64,000 nucleotides of DNA from Marsupella aquatica. Its lineage: Eukaryota; Plantae; Marchantiophyta. Every line of letters begins with the position of its first letter. The first letter of the stretch is position 1. Below the pieces are notes generated by a model. That model searched no databases. It saw nothing but the letters and a program-made list of their open reading frames with translations, and was not told the origin of the DNA. The translations under genes and the position numbers were made by a program. Shown piece after piece: positions 35,373 through 49,119 of this stretch. The DNA lies in NCBI GenBank assembly GCA_973895155.1, contig OZ316894.1, forward strand, positions 17,948,563-18,012,562, read 5' to 3'.

Positions 35373-37313
35373 CAAATTATACATGATGTATCATTGTCAA
35401 CCATTAGAATTTCCAGAGATCAAGGAGGACCTTCAAGTCTTGAAATTGGGCAGTTGAATCAAAGAAAGGTTTGGCAAACCAGGACCCAAATTTTAGGATA
35501 ATGTCCTGGTTAGAGGGCATTATGAGATATAATGCCTTGAAAAAACGAGGGCGGTAGCCCAAGTTTTGAGGACATTATTCTCATAATGCCAGTAACTAGG
35601 ACATTAATGTACGTAAAAACTTGAGTGATTTTTTGATAACAAACAATAAAAAGTGAACCTCTAAGTAGACAATCCAAGGGAAAGAGCCTGCAATTGGCCA
35701 AAGGCATGAAAGAAGTTAAAAACAAATCTTGTGATTTTGATACAAGTTATTATGATATTTTATTTGGTAACACTATATTTGGATTTTACCTTTGCTATTT
35801 TTGTGATACTTCACATAATGCCCTCCTCCAAAGAAGGCAGACTGTATGGGAAATTAATGCACTCAAAAATACAAAGAGAAAAATCACAAAAGTCTTTACA
35901 TATTGGTAACAAGGTTGGGGTTAGTTTTGGAGAAAGGGAGATTTTGCCCTAGACAAAAGCAACGCAAATGGCCAAGGTCTCAGGCAAGGAAAATTCTGTC
36001 CAATATCTTACAAATAAAAACAAGCAAGGCAGCCCAGTATGCCAAAACCAGAAGCTGAACAAACCAAGTATCTCTCAAGTTGGGCCAGGAAGCCCACCAA
36101 CCACCCCTTGCTTTCCTTACTAGCAGTCACAGTCACTTTGTTGCTAGGTAAAGGCTCACTAGTCCATTGGTCAAATTGAGGTGGATCTAAATGTGATTGC
36201 TTCCTCTTGATGACCTCCCTCAAATATACTTCTGGGGAATTGATTAAGCTCTTTGGTTGGGGGCAAACATATATAGAAGAATCAGAAAACTAGTATATCA
36301 TTTTCTTTTGGAAGATGGGCGGAGAAGAATGCCAACTGCAAGGAGATGCAGCTGATGGCCCAAATTTTCTATTTTTGGCAGCCGCTGATAAGTCACAACC
36401 TGCAATGCCTTCCCCTCCAAAGATGCAGAAGCCATTGTGTAATACAGTAGTTAAAATGGGATGAGTAATTTAAGTAAAAATCCATCTCCAGGAGCTCGAA
36501 CCAATAATACTGTCTTATCCTGTATCCTATATATTGTCATATCAAATTTGTCTTATAGTATGGTAGTTATTCAGCCCTTCTTGTTGATCTAGCCCAATGA
36601 TGTGGCATTGTAGGGGCTCCTTTGATTCTACTTGTTGGATGGGGTGTCAACGGGGGACACAATCATGACATTTCAAGAATTTGTTATTAAGGTCCTGGTC
36701 CATGGATGAAAGTTTGGGATAGCTAGAGTCATCATAAGCTTGGAAGGGATCTCCATCCATGGACCAGGATGAGATCGAGTCCTCTTTGTATGAACTTTAA
36801 GCAGATACATGTCATCCTAGTCGCATACATATGTTTCCATCAATCATATGGAAGCAAAATGTTTGAAATGTGGGTCCCTTCAAGTTTTGGCTCTCTAGAC
36901 TTACATGCCACATGGGATGGACAGAGCCTGTTACTTCAGATGTTCACACACCCTTCATTTGTCAAAACAACAGAATACATGAAGTGGGAGGCCATGCACT
37001 CCATCGGTTCAAATTTTGGCCCAAAAGGTTATAGAAAGCAAAGGTCATAGAACAGAGGCAGACCGCAATGCAAGCTGAAACCGCACCAAGAAAACCAAAG
37101 AACTCGTCCAGATAATTGAGGTGGTCCATAAGTAAGATCAAACCTCTTGAAGCACAACCCTAGAGTAACCATGGGAAAGCATTATGGAGTGCAACATTGA
37201 CTTTGGCAGGGTCTATGCAGTTGCAGGCAAGGACATCTTGGTATTACTCTCCGGATGCAATTAAAGCCTCCTCTCCTCCTCTACATGATCAGAATCAATT
37301 TGGACCCCCTCAA

Positions 37314-37661
37314 TGTTGCTTTTTGAGCAAGCAAATGCTAGTAGTAACATTCAACAAACACAAAAGTACTTAACACAAGATATGTGGTTCACCTCTTCAG
37401 AGGCTATATCCATGGGAATACACAAGAGAACTTTATAAAACTCTAAGCTGCTAGTCCTAAAGAGTCTCGAGAGACTAAACTCTCCCTATTTCCTAGATGG
37501 CTTTGTAACAATGAACTTAAGCTTTGCTCGCAAACTAAGTCTTGCTTGTGAATACACTAGTAGCACATTTAACCCTGCATTTGACCTTAACCAAACATTT
37601 GAATTTGGTTCGACTAAGTGCGCTTACGTAGTACCCTAGACCTAAGAGTGAATGACGATCA
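37314..37661 (-). mobile_element. Highly degenerate LTR of the same copia family
   Basis: aacacaagatatgtggttcacctcttcagaggctat..acacaagagaacttta..ccctagacctaagagt. Length matches the other solo LTRs; no clear TSD. Confidence 0.65.
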
Positions 37662-38512
37662 TTACTTTCCTAGAAAGCTATTTAACTTCTGCGTATTTGT
37701 GGTTCTCTAGTATAGGTGCGATTCAAATTTGTTTGATCTTTTTTTCTTGGCTTGCATCAATTTAAACAATAAACCTAGAGGATCACATGGGTAGCTCACA
37801 GTCCCTTATAGGGCTATGTTGATGGTCATGCAAATAAGATTCATTTCCGATTCCCCAAAAGTCCACTGTACTCCCGTCTCCCCAAAAGAAAAAGAAGAGT
37901 AGAAGTAAGGTGTCAAAGTATGTTACGAGTATGCTTATAGATTTGTCATATTCATCTCTCCTTTTCTGGTACTATTCACAAAGTTATTTTCCTTTCCCCA
38001 AATATCTACTCCCTTGTCTCTCATAATTAAAATCTAATGACATGTGCATATATGGTAGGAATGATTCTCTTTGTTCATATTGTATAATTGTATCTACAAA
38101 ACAACATTATTGATTCTCCTTCAAGCACGACACTGGTGATCATTGCAAGTTGAGAATATATTTTATGTTTTTTATATTGATGCAATTGGATTAACCATTC
38201 TTGGCGGCAGGAAATGCACACCCTTAATCAGAGTGAAATTACAGAGAGTGGATTGAAACAAGTGCGTGTTTGGTAAAACTTAAGTCTAAGTTTAAGGGTT
38301 ATGCCAGCTACAAGAGCTTTTATTGATTCGTTTTGTCTTGATAGCGACCTTTACTCAAAAGTAAATCAAAATTCAGGTACTACAGTAACCTAAGTAACCA
38401 TTTCATTCACGTCATATGTGGGCAACCTTTTTTTGTGTCTAGAGCAGAATACTTTACTCAAGTCATGAAGGTGATGCTATAAAACATGCTGGGACATTTT
38501 GTTTTTTTGGCA

Positions 38513-38557
38513 TGTGTGTGTGTGTGTGTGTGTGTGAGGGGAGGGGGGGGGGGGGGG
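38513..38557. repeat. (TG)12 microsatellite followed by a G-run
   Basis: Seen directly; an (ATG)n tract follows at ~38614-38634. Confidence 0.9.
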
Positions 38558-38972
38558 CGGTGTTGCAGCTGGAGGGAAAAGGGTACATGAGGCAAAAGGC
38601 CAAGGTCTCCGCAATGATGATGATGATGATGATGGTCTAAACTTTTTTGGGCCAGTCAGTTACAAAAAGGAAAGCCCAAAAGGGTCTATGAGGCACAAGG
38701 CCAAGTCTCCACAATCCCGGCACAAGAAAACCCAAAAAGAACCTGAGCAACAAGCCCCTAAAAGTACATATCCATTCTGCCCAAGAACAGAAAAAACCTA
38801 ATGGGAGACAGAATTCCAAAGGCCAGAGACCCCATCAAGGCTAGAAAGCCAAGCCCTAAAGAGAATCCCAGAAAGGAGTGCACCAAACAAGGGACCAGAG
38901 CCTGTAGGATCGCTGCCTTTACCAAGGGTTGGGTCATTAGGCCCAACTTGCAAGTGCAAGGTCATTCAAAAT

Positions 38973-39316
38973 TGTTGAGTATCGACGACATTCATAATGG
39001 GATGCACATGACACATCAAACACATAAATGGTCAACACAAGAGATATGTGGTTCACCCCCTCAAGTCTACGTCTATGGGAACACACAAGAGAACTTTACT
39101 GTACTCTAAGTTTGTCGGTCATACCAAGTCTCCACAGTGTAAACTCGCCTTATCCCTCAAGTGGTTTCATAACAATGAACTTTAGTTTCACTTAACCAAA
39201 CAAAGAGCGTTTAGGATATAGTCTACAACTTAGTTAACCTAACCACATTTCTGACTATGGTTAGTCTAACTATGATTACATGTCGTAACCCTAGACCTAA
39301 AAGTAAATACCTAACA
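38973..39316 (-). mobile_element. Solo LTR (344 bp) of the young copia family
   Basis: Reverse-complement match to both LTR ends (tgttgagtat.gacgac ... cctagacctaaaagtaaatacctaaca). Perfect 5-bp TSD AAAAT (38968-38972 / 39317-39321). Confidence 0.92.
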
Positions 39317-42300
39317 AAAATGCAGCCCTCAACTGGAGTAGTGTGAGTATGTATATGACCGAGAGTTTTCTGGAAGCACCGTCTCATGCGCCAGGCCTGG
39401 TGGCAGAGATTTCGGGGTCCCAAGGACAAGGCCCTTGCAGGTCCTGACCTTCAACTTTTTGTTTGTTTGTCTTGAACAGGAAGGGGGAGGAAATACAATT
39501 AGACTCCCCCCATCCCAATGTGACAATTTTTCTGTAGGGAACCCAGACCAGGGTGAGCCCCAACAGTTCCGGCAGGGACCCGCACAAGGAAGGAGAGAGG
39601 ATTAAATCAGGGCCACAAAATGGACAACCAGGGAGAACAGATAATCAGAACTCCAATGCACTACCCACAAAATCCATCCCACCCACAAAACCCATCCCAC
39701 CCACACACATATACCCCAGTGTGTGGGAGGGGGGGCTCTCAGTTCCAGGCAAATCCCCTAGGTCAATTGGTTACCTTCAACTTTTCAATAAACATACTCT
39801 TATTTGTAGATTGTCAGGAGATAGTGTGAACGCAATAGGGACACAAGCTGCCATGCGCCCTGAGCATCGTTGCACTTGATAAGAACCTAGATCTCATTTG
39901 TGCCTAAGATTTTGTTGCGGCTTAGGGCTGCATTTATGAGTAACCGCACATGCAAGTTGGGCTTAGACTGACAAAAAAATTGACATTCTAAATTTAAAGT
40001 AAAAACTATGACAGGTCTTGATAATTGACTCAAGATGGTGGCAGTCTCATAAAAGCAAATCTGTTTTTTTGGCAGTGTGGTACAATATACAAGACTTCAG
40101 TAGAGAACCAAGTAACCAAACTACAGTGGCAACCAATTACTAGTAAAATACAGGATACCTATAATACATAATAAGTAGTACAGTATAACAACCAGTATAA
40201 CAAACAGTACCCAAGAAGAATACATGTACAATAAACTGTATGTAACGATGATAATGGTATAGAGTACACCACACAGTAGGGGGACTTCCGTCCCTCCTGT
40301 ATCAGTGTATTCTAGTTCTCCGGGAAATATACGGCCTCGAGTACAGTATTGGAGTGTGACGCCGGGACGGCAAACTCGCTGGAGGGCCTACTAAATTTAG
40401 AGCAGGCCTGGCGAGGCGAGGCACTGGCTGAAATCTGGCCGTCCACTGACAAGAGATCGTAGCATCGCATCCAGCCAGCCTGACAAAAGGCAGACAACGC
40501 AGGGCCCGCAGGCAGGTAGCTCACTCGGCCCCCAGCGGTGCCAGCAAGCAACCTATTGGCCGCCAGCCGGTGTGGTCTGCGGCCCGGCCAATAGCGAGGC
40601 CCTCCAGCTCACCCACTCGCCCGCAATTTTTTATCATATTTTACTCATGCACCAGACTTTCTTTTCCAGCCTTCCAGGCCTTTGTTTGGCATTTTCTGGT
40701 CAGCAAAGAGAGAGACGACGGAGTCTGTCATTTTAATTTCCCAATAAGCATCCATTGAAACTCGGGAAAGATCTAGCAGTGGCTCTCTGGATAAATTTAT
40801 TGAGTTTTAGTCTTGCGACGAAGAAACTCCAACCAACAAAACAACTATAGGCTAAACCTGCCCACAAGGGAAGAAAAGAGATATTGAGTAGGACCTCAAA
40901 TGGAGTCCCAGTACTCAACAATGCCCCTCAAGTCGAAAGTCTTTCAGTGGGACCCTATCTCGTAAATTTTGCTATGCTACGCAACCCTTTTTCTTTTTAA
41001 ATCTAGGAAGTAGCCACTGAGAAATACATTATTTCAAAGCATTCTGACAAATTTATATCTGCTACCAGTTTTTTTGTGATCTAAGGAGAACCATTTGATC
41101 TCACTAAAGTCCTTGAGTTTCACGAGCTTCCTCCTCCCCATAGAGTGAAATATTCTATAACTAAAATACTCTGGAAGGTGGCGCAGGAAATATTAAAACA
41201 ACGATCCTAAAAACTAGTGTAGTGGGTATCCAAGCTGAGGTGGGGGTGATGACCGCTGTTTCGTTAGGAATGTTTTATGTAGTAGCGTGAAATAACGGCA
41301 GCCAAAAACGTACCAGTTGCAAACTTTTGCAAATACTTTTCAATAAAGGCTAGTGAGGGTCTGGCTTGTGAGTCTAACATGTCATTCACTGACTATATTT
41401 TGATTTTTGAGCCTGGCTCGCATGAAAAGGTGAAATCTAAGTACCAGGAAGGCAGGTAAGGCAATTTCTTCACCTAGACCTGCCAGCAAGCCTTTTAGTG
41501 TGGGGCATACAATCTATTGCTCGGCTTAAAAGCACTCCATCTGACCTTGCCGTCAACTTTCTCTTCCCCAGCTTGGCATTTTCTGATTATTGGAGCGATC
41601 AAAATTAATATCTCAATGTGCAGGTACAATTAGTTATTTTATTGGTTTTTGGTTTGGGGGTCAACTGACTTCTGAAACGGAGAGAAGTCAAATGGTGGGA
41701 GTTGAACATCCCACAGCCACATTTACAAGGGTATGGGGTAGGTCGGGGAGTAGACATACGTTCACTGAAGGAGGGGAGGGACGGAGCTTGTGTAAAGGGC
41801 AAATGGCTTCATTCTATCTATGTAACCCAACCCATTGATCGTGGACATGGTACTCTAAAGAGCATACATCATTGAAGACCCTAAGACTTAAAAAGCTTGC
41901 TCAGTCTAAATACTAAGATATGTGGGTCTTTCTATTTCATGGGCTGTTTACAAATTGTCATTGTAGCAAGAAGCTCCCTTGGCCATTCAATTATGGTGAC
42001 AATTTTCCTTAACCATGAGATGGGCCTAAAAGGTGCCATGGTGCACATTTTTCATGGCCAACATGTGAGTCTCTGTGAAACTTGCCCACCAGGTTGCCTA
42101 ATACTTGAAATCCAGTTGGCAGACCAATCTTCCAACTCACTGCAGTGTTTCACTGCCTGACCATTTCTTATACTCGATGATACTTCTCCTCAACATCACT
42201 TACTATCAGTAATACTCTGCAACACAGGGTACTGGGCTCCTGTCATCATAACTTGTGTTCGTGTCCAGCCAAGTAACCACAACTTTTGGTACCACACTAC

Positions 42301-43299
42301 CACATACTGGCGTCCACAGTTACTACAACTCTACTATCCACGACTGAACTCTTGGGAGGGCGACTCAATAGAATAGACAAATGTGAGTCTAGTGCTCAAT
42401 AGCAAGGCAGTCCACATCACCCATTCATCCTCAAGTCACAGCTCCTTTCCCAGGGCTTCTTTGGCATTTCTCATCATCACAGCTGATAGGAAAACAGGCT
42501 TTACACACCAACCAAACCTGGGAGAACGGCCCAGAAAAAACTCAAAATGAATAGTTACAGCACACTGAACCCACAATCCTCTTCTTGACCCTCCTATGCA
42601 ATTTGTTTGAGAGCCTCTGCCATACTTTCCACTTTGGTGCTCAGTAGGGCTCGAGTCCTTGTCCTTTTGGCCATTGTTGAGACTCTTTCTTAGCTCTTCA
42701 TATATCAGAGTGCCCAAGGACAAAAAATGCCAAACAGGGAGACAAGTTCCCAAACGCAAAGCAACCCAATGAAGGGGAGGAAAAGAGGGGAAAGGGCCCC
42801 CCAAAAAAACAAGCCAAGGGGTCTCAAACCAAAAGTTGACAAAAGAACAAAGATAAAAAAGAAACCTATAAAGAAACCCTGAAGGCTAACACCCTACTGA
42901 TAGGAGAACTGAAAAGCCTGGTAAAGTTAGAGAGTACTGCAAAAGAGGATCCCTAAGCTATTCTGTTTTCCCATATTTTGTTGTTTGTTTTCCTTCTTTT
43001 ATTGAGTTTCTGGCCTTTGAGATCTTTGTTTGAAGCAAGACGTCTTTTGTTCTTTGCAGGATTTTATAGATTTGGTTGAAGCTTCCTCAGTTGTTTTGAA
43101 GCTTCCTCAGTTGTTTTGAAGCTTAGCTCGGAGTTTCGAGTGAATGGCGGTGGGCAGATTTTTCCATCATGGTGGGCTACTGAGCATCATTCTACTACTG
43201 TAGTCATCTACTATACTCCCTCCTATTGGACTGTACTGTACTGCACTGTATTCACCTGAGAGAAGGGGATTTACCGATTTAGGGGAGATTGGGTGGGTC

Positions 43300-44150
43300 C
43301 AAGCACAATTTCCGAGAGTGAATTGTTCAACAAGAGAATGATCTGGGGCTTCAGATGCATGCCCAGGACACTGTATAATGAGTTCGTTTCATGTTTCCAT
43401 CTATCTCTGTGCGTAATAATAACGTGTTCTGTACTATATTTCTTTGACCTTTGAATCAGAGATTTGACCAAACTACCTTTTTCTAATTGAATAGAGCCTG
43501 CTTGCTTTTGTTGGGCAAAGCTAGATGAACAGGAAAACAGTCCATACGGTACTGTTGTCGAATTCTGAGGCTCTCTTCACATGCCTCACTGTGCAATTGA
43601 TTCTCCTTTCTTCGAACTGTGGAAAGCCATCTGGGATTTATGGTCAGAGAATAAGTCACGACAGAATTATAGAAAAACAAACCAGAGTACGAGGACATGC
43701 ATCTTTGTGTGTGTGGCCCTTGGCGACCTTTGCCACATAGTTTATAGGATACATGTATCTGTGTGTCCACTCGGAAGTATGACACATAATCAGCAAGAAA
43801 TATGCCACATGATCAACACTGGTGTCAGTAGGGTACTTGAAGTTGGGGTTGGGGGAATAAAATCCATGCTGCAACTAACAGCCACCATGTCTCCAGCCTA
43901 CCGTACAGAAATTGGTCTACACCCAGAATTGGAGCTCCCCCTATCCACAATAATTTGAAATTATCCTGCACCCTCATTACTTCTTCAGACATAGTAAAGG
44001 TTTTGCAGAGATTCCACACCCATAAGAAATTCTCGAACAACGATGGTGGATATGTGGTGTACTGGAATCCACTGGAGATGTCAAAGATTGATTGACCATC
44101 AAAATCATTCATTCGCGTTCACCACCTGGACATCACCTAAAAGGCTAAAA
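43300..44150 (-). mobile_element. Probable degenerate non-LTR (LINE) ORF2 3' remnant
   Basis: Fragmentary frames give LLWIGG.., LLQHGFYS and YKLCGKG..H.., reminiscent of the zf-RVT region. Heavily decayed. Confidence 0.35.
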
Positions 44151-46103
44151 CTACATCTTACTATGTAATAAATTAGATTTAAGGTCCACCATCAAGAGTG
44201 GAGCCTGTAGACCATGACTTTGTGGGCAAAGACAGGTGGACACAGGGAGGACACTGAGAGGGGACAGTCAAAGCACGCATGAAGCCTCTAGACCATGACT
44301 TTGTGGGCAAACACAGGAGGACACAAGGAAAAATACAAGGAGTATGTTGAGAGGGTAGGGTATCCCTGCAAAAGCACAGGTAATCAATTGGTGGTTGTCA
44401 ATTGTTAATTTTTGTTTAAAAAGAGCAATCTACCTGTGAGCAAGTTGCGCAACTAGCTTGTAAGAAAACCCTTGGATTTGGTTTTTGTATTTTTAATGTA
44501 CTGTCTACAACTACCACAAGCGCCTGTGGCACACAACACATGTGACTGCCCCAAGTGGTTCGACACAGAACCCATTTTATATGCAGGAACATAGTTAGTT
44601 TGGAGCACAATTGTCAAAGTGGGATTCGTGGTTGTCCACTGTTCTTCATAAAAGAATCCGTGCCGCTGGTTTTCTTCGGGGGGAGAGGGGGCGCTTTACA
44701 AAAACTTAGAGGTCAGTTTTCTTTCCATATCTGATATGCAATCTTAGCCATTCAAATGTGGTAACCCCTGTATAAACAGGCCAAACTTCATCCTACATGG
44801 ACTTGGGCAACTATGTGACAAAACCATTACAGATCCTAGTCACCTGTAGGGGAGTCCATTTTTGGGGGCTGATGTGGCCTAGTTTCGTTATCAAAACTTT
44901 CAATCACCTGGTCTAAGAATGGACCGGTCCAATTCTATTCAGGATCGTCCATTTACTTTCTCGAGACATATTTGTTTTTCCTGTTTTTCTCGAGACGACG
45001 AGACATTGACACATTTTGGCTCATGTACCTTGGGGCACGTGCAATTTAACTTTAGTGCATAAAATGGACTTCGTGCAATGGACCTCAGGTTTCCAATGGG
45101 TGAACAGTGACTATTTATTCCCTCAAGCTCTTGTAAAGTGGCCCCCTTATAGTAATTTACTTCACCCCATTCGTAAAGATTTCCTTTCAAAACAAAACTT
45201 AAAACAAAAAGAAATTTACCACCTTAGGCGAACCACAGAAGTTTCCTCCTCCCGTTGGTGGAGAGCTAAAGCCTCTACCGTCGGTCGAGAGCTTTGCACC
45301 TTTGGTAGGCCGGGATTGCAACAGGGCAGGACATGATTCGTCATGCTCAAACATTAATGGGTTTGTCAGGGACATTAATGGGTTTGTCAGGGACGGTTTA
45401 TAAATGATCACAATTCATCTGTTACACAGTCAAATAAGTATACAGTAAAGTCTTGCTTAGAGGGCATTATGGGATAATATGCTCTGGAAAACAAGAGTTT
45501 CAGCTTGAGTTTTGAGGGACTAGTATTGTCCATAATGCTACCTTATTACCTAAAAGCCTGAGAAAATAGTCATTTTTCTAGTTTAGTAACAGTAAAGGAG
45601 AATGTTCCTAAAGAAATATCCAGATCTTGACCCAGGCATTATGGGATACTATGCTCAAGAAATCAAGCTTGAGTTTTGAGGTGCTAGATTATTATGCTAC
45701 CTTACCACACCCAAAAGCCTTTTCTCTAGTTAAGTAACAGTAGAGGAGAATGTTCCTAAAGAGACATCCAAATCTTGACCCGGGCATTATGCTCTTAGAA
45801 TGACCCTCAAATATTCAAAGGGACAAATCACGGTCCATTTGTGGTAGTTTTAGTTACTCTTTCTTGGTTTGTAGGGGTTTCTTTTTGCTCAATTCTTTTA
45901 GTTCCTCTTTCTTGGTTTTTAGGGTTTCCTTTTACTCACTTCTTTTGCGTTTGGTTTTGTTCACTTGGGACCTCTCTTGTTTATTATTTTGTACTCTATT
46001 TGGCCTTTTTCTGTAAAAAGTATATGTATATTTCTTGACAAATCACGAAGGACATTAACGTACAGTTATTTTGACTGCAACTCTTACCCGGTTCCCGTTT
46101 ACC

Positions 46104-46782
46104 CCCGGTTTGACCTTGCCCGTCAAACTGGCCAAAAATCGTCGGCAAATCGGCAACCCGGCACCCGGGTTCGGGAGCAGTCCGGGCCGGGACAAGTTCG
46201 GGAGACATTCGGGCCGGGTTCGGGCGAGGTTTGGGGGAGGTCGGGGGAGTTCGGGGGAGTTCAGGCGAGGGGGAGTTCGGGTTCGGGGGAGTCTGGGCCG
46301 GGTTCGGGGGAGTTTGGGCAAGGTTCGGGGGACCGGGAGTTCAGGGTAGGTCGGGGGAGTTCGGGGGAGGGTCGGGGGTGTTTCGGGGGAGTTCGGGGGA
46401 GGGTCGGGGGAGTTTCGGGGGAGTTTCGGGGGAGTTCGGGGGAGGGTCGGGGGAGTTCGGGGGAGTTCGGGAAGGGTCCGGGTTCGGGTCCGGGGGAGTC
46501 CGGGACTCTAAACCCCGCCCTCCTTCCCCCAGCCCCGACCCCAGACCCGGCCCCGGCTGGCTGCCACCCCGAACCGGGGTCCGGGGGAGTCCGGGTTCGG
46601 GTCTGGGGGAGTCCGGGAAGGGTCCGGGTGAGTTCGGGAGGAGTCCGGGAAGGGTCCGGGGGAGTCCGGGTGAGTTCGGGAGAATATTGTGGAATATCCG
46701 TCAAATTGGTCATTTTCGAGCCGTCATTTGACAGTTTGACGTGCCCGGCAAGCCGTCAACTTGCCCGTCAGGTTAAACCGGG
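46104..46782. mobile_element. 679-bp non-autonomous TIR element filled with a G-rich satellite
   Basis: TIRs CCCGGTTTGACCT / AGGTTAAACCGGG (12/13 match) and perfect 8-bp TSD CGTTTACC (46096-46103 / 46783-46790). The interior is made of GGGGAGTTCG-like units. Confidence 0.88.
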
Positions 46783-48657
46783 CGTTTACCCTCCTTCCGT
46801 GTTCTACCTCCACCGTACGCCCGTAGCGTATCGAATCTCGGAGGTACGTTTCCGTATGAACTTCCCGTACGTACGTTCGTTCGACAGAAGACGCCAGGCA
46901 GGCGACGAAGCTTCTCGCTTCCCACGCGCTTTACATTCCGCCGATAACAAAGGCTTTTCTCCCTCTCTCTCTCTTCGTACGCTTCCTCCATTCTTCCTTC
47001 GACGACTCCTCCGCCTCCCCTCGACTACACTAGTGCAATTCTGCGTCTTCCTCTCCGATTCCTCGAACGAAACAACGCCTGATGTGACGATTTTCATCTT
47101 TCGTTTTTCCTCCCTTCCTTCTTCTCCCTTTGCTTCCATCTTTCATTCCTCGCTCGCTTGCTCGCTCGCTTGCTTCCATTGTTTAGTCGTTTTGTCAGGT
47201 CTGACAAGTAACACGTACGTTTTACAAATCAAGCGCTCTCTCTTCCGCTTCTTCTCCTTCTTTAGAGCTCTTCCTCCTCGTCTTCTGCATTGAGTTTGAA
47301 TTCGTCTCTGTCGCAAGTCAGGGTACGAATTCGTTCTTCTTCCAACGGAGTACGGTGATCTGCTTCTTGTGTCTGCTTGTTTCTTCCTCTCTCGACGAAA
47401 TCTATCTCTGGACTCTCCGGGGGTGCCTTTTCATTGCTTACTACTACATCTGTGTCTCTTTGTCGCCTCCCTTCGACTGTAGAGTTGTTTCTCCGGCTCT
47501 GTTCCGGTTTGTCCTCCACTCGGTGCCGATCCACGCTGACAGCAAAGTTTTGCTTGCGTTGATTGAAAGACTGTAGAGACTCCTTCGACTAAGTTTGGTG
47601 CTTTGATTGTGTGGATGCGGAGTGTGGCTGCTTCATCTTGCAGCAGAGTCGTGTGGATTTCGTTGTTGTTGTCATCTTAGCTCGTGGACAGGTTAGAGCA
47701 AAGAATTGCGCACATTGGCCATTGAAAGGTTTACATCTCTGAGTTCGTCTTACGCTAGGCGCTGATCCGGTCTGGGAAAGTAGCGAGACTTCGCGATTGG
47801 TACTCGTACCTTCAGTACTCGACGTTTATTGATCCTCATACAAGCACTTCGGTTCCCCCTTGAACCTGGACATTGTGTCTATTCTACTACTCGGCTGCAG
47901 CACTAACATTCATCGAGAAATATCGTTGCTGACGGACGGGCCGTCATTGTCTTGGAGTCATGGCGACGCACTGCTCTAGAGAGGCCACTGTGCACGGAAA
48001 ACTCAGAGCATTGCGCTTCCACGCCCGACGAGCTGTCCTTGCTAGGAGAGCTGTGATCTCCACGGAGAAATGGAAGGTTTGACGCCAAGCGTGCATGGCC
48101 TGTCTACAGCTAGTCGCTGATCCTCGGTGTTACTTTTGAGAAATTCACCAGGTTTGTTGCCCGAATGCACTATCGTCATGTGTCATTTGTCTGCTTCGCA
48201 ACCGCGTGAACACAATCCTCTCTTCTGTATTACTTTCTTATCAACCACAGTAGGTGATATCGTCCATCATAAGCCACATCGTCCAACAGAGTACAACTCA
48301 TGTGATGGTATCTGTCTGGCATTTTCTGGCATTGTGACTCCTGAGATTGACATGAATTGTCCATCATTGTGCTCGAGCCAACACACTCCTGCTGTTGCTG
48401 CAGGTTTAGTATCACCATCTGCTACTCTTCCCTCGTCTGGTCTTTTGTTTGACTCAAGTTCGCTTGGATGCGAGCACCTCGGCTTACAGCAGGGGTTGCC
48501 AACTGGAGTTGGAGGATCGACTCGTCTGCTTAGTCTTTGCAGTACATCAGCAGACTTGCATTCCGTGCAGCGGATTTGCACTTTGGTCAACACGTCCATG
48601 AAGGCCACTGGAGCACGCTGGTGCGCTTTATTTCCGTGGTTGTTCAATACTTTAGAA

Positions 48658-49119
48658 ATGAACGCTCCAAAAGACGTCCGAGGTGGGACAAAGATGATTG
48701 AGTTACGTGGCCTAGGCGAGGTTGCTGCCTACGAGAGGATTGGTTTGTCCTACACAAGTCTGCGGGACGTCATAGCCGCGCAAAAGGGGAGACGCACGTT
48801 GACAACGGAGGTGGATGACGGATATTGCTTGAATAACAACCATCCCCGCACGCCTAAGAGTCGCTTACTTGAAAAGGCGGCTCATGCATGGTTGCAGCCT
48901 ACAGTTTGTGATCGGAGTTTTCAGCACGGGAACTTTTTCTCAAGGTACTGGTTGAGGAGCTTGAAGGGCACAAATCCGACGACCGCAGCTACCCGACTCG
49001 TTGCTCCACACAAATCGTCTGCCTCTCTGTCGAGCTGTATTGTATTCTTGCCTTTCCTCAAATGGTTCGATTTGTCACCGAGAGTGGAACGCCTACGGGA
49101 GCCTCCGACATTTCGGTAG
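48658..49119 (+). CDS. Small conserved plant protein of unknown function (YTSL(K/R)D ... (N/S)RL(L/V)xxAAxA(W/Y)LQP family)
   Basis: Motifs LSYTSLRDVI and KSRLLEKAAHAWLQP. The ORF is open from 48127, so the start (48352, 48658 or 48694) is uncertain. A CT-rich putative 5' leader lies at ~46950-47330. Confidence 0.65.
   Translation: MNAPKDVRGGTKMIELRGLGEVAAYERIGLSYTSLRDVIAAQKGRRTLTTEVDDGYCLNNNHPRTPKSRLLEKAAHAWLQPTVCDRSFQHGNFFSRYWLRSLKGTNPTTAATRLVAPHKSSASLSSCIVFLPFLKWFDLSPRVERLREPPTFR

Noticed and set aside
40322-40742. GC-rich island with GGGAAAT / ATTTCCC ends
   Set aside because: 7-bp inverted match with no TSD; element status unsupported.
45965-47293. 442-aa Gly/Ser-rich ORF and overlapping Pro-rich antisense ORFs
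   Set aside because: Runs through a stop-poor G-rich satellite inside a TSD-flanked element; non-ATG start and no recognisable domain.
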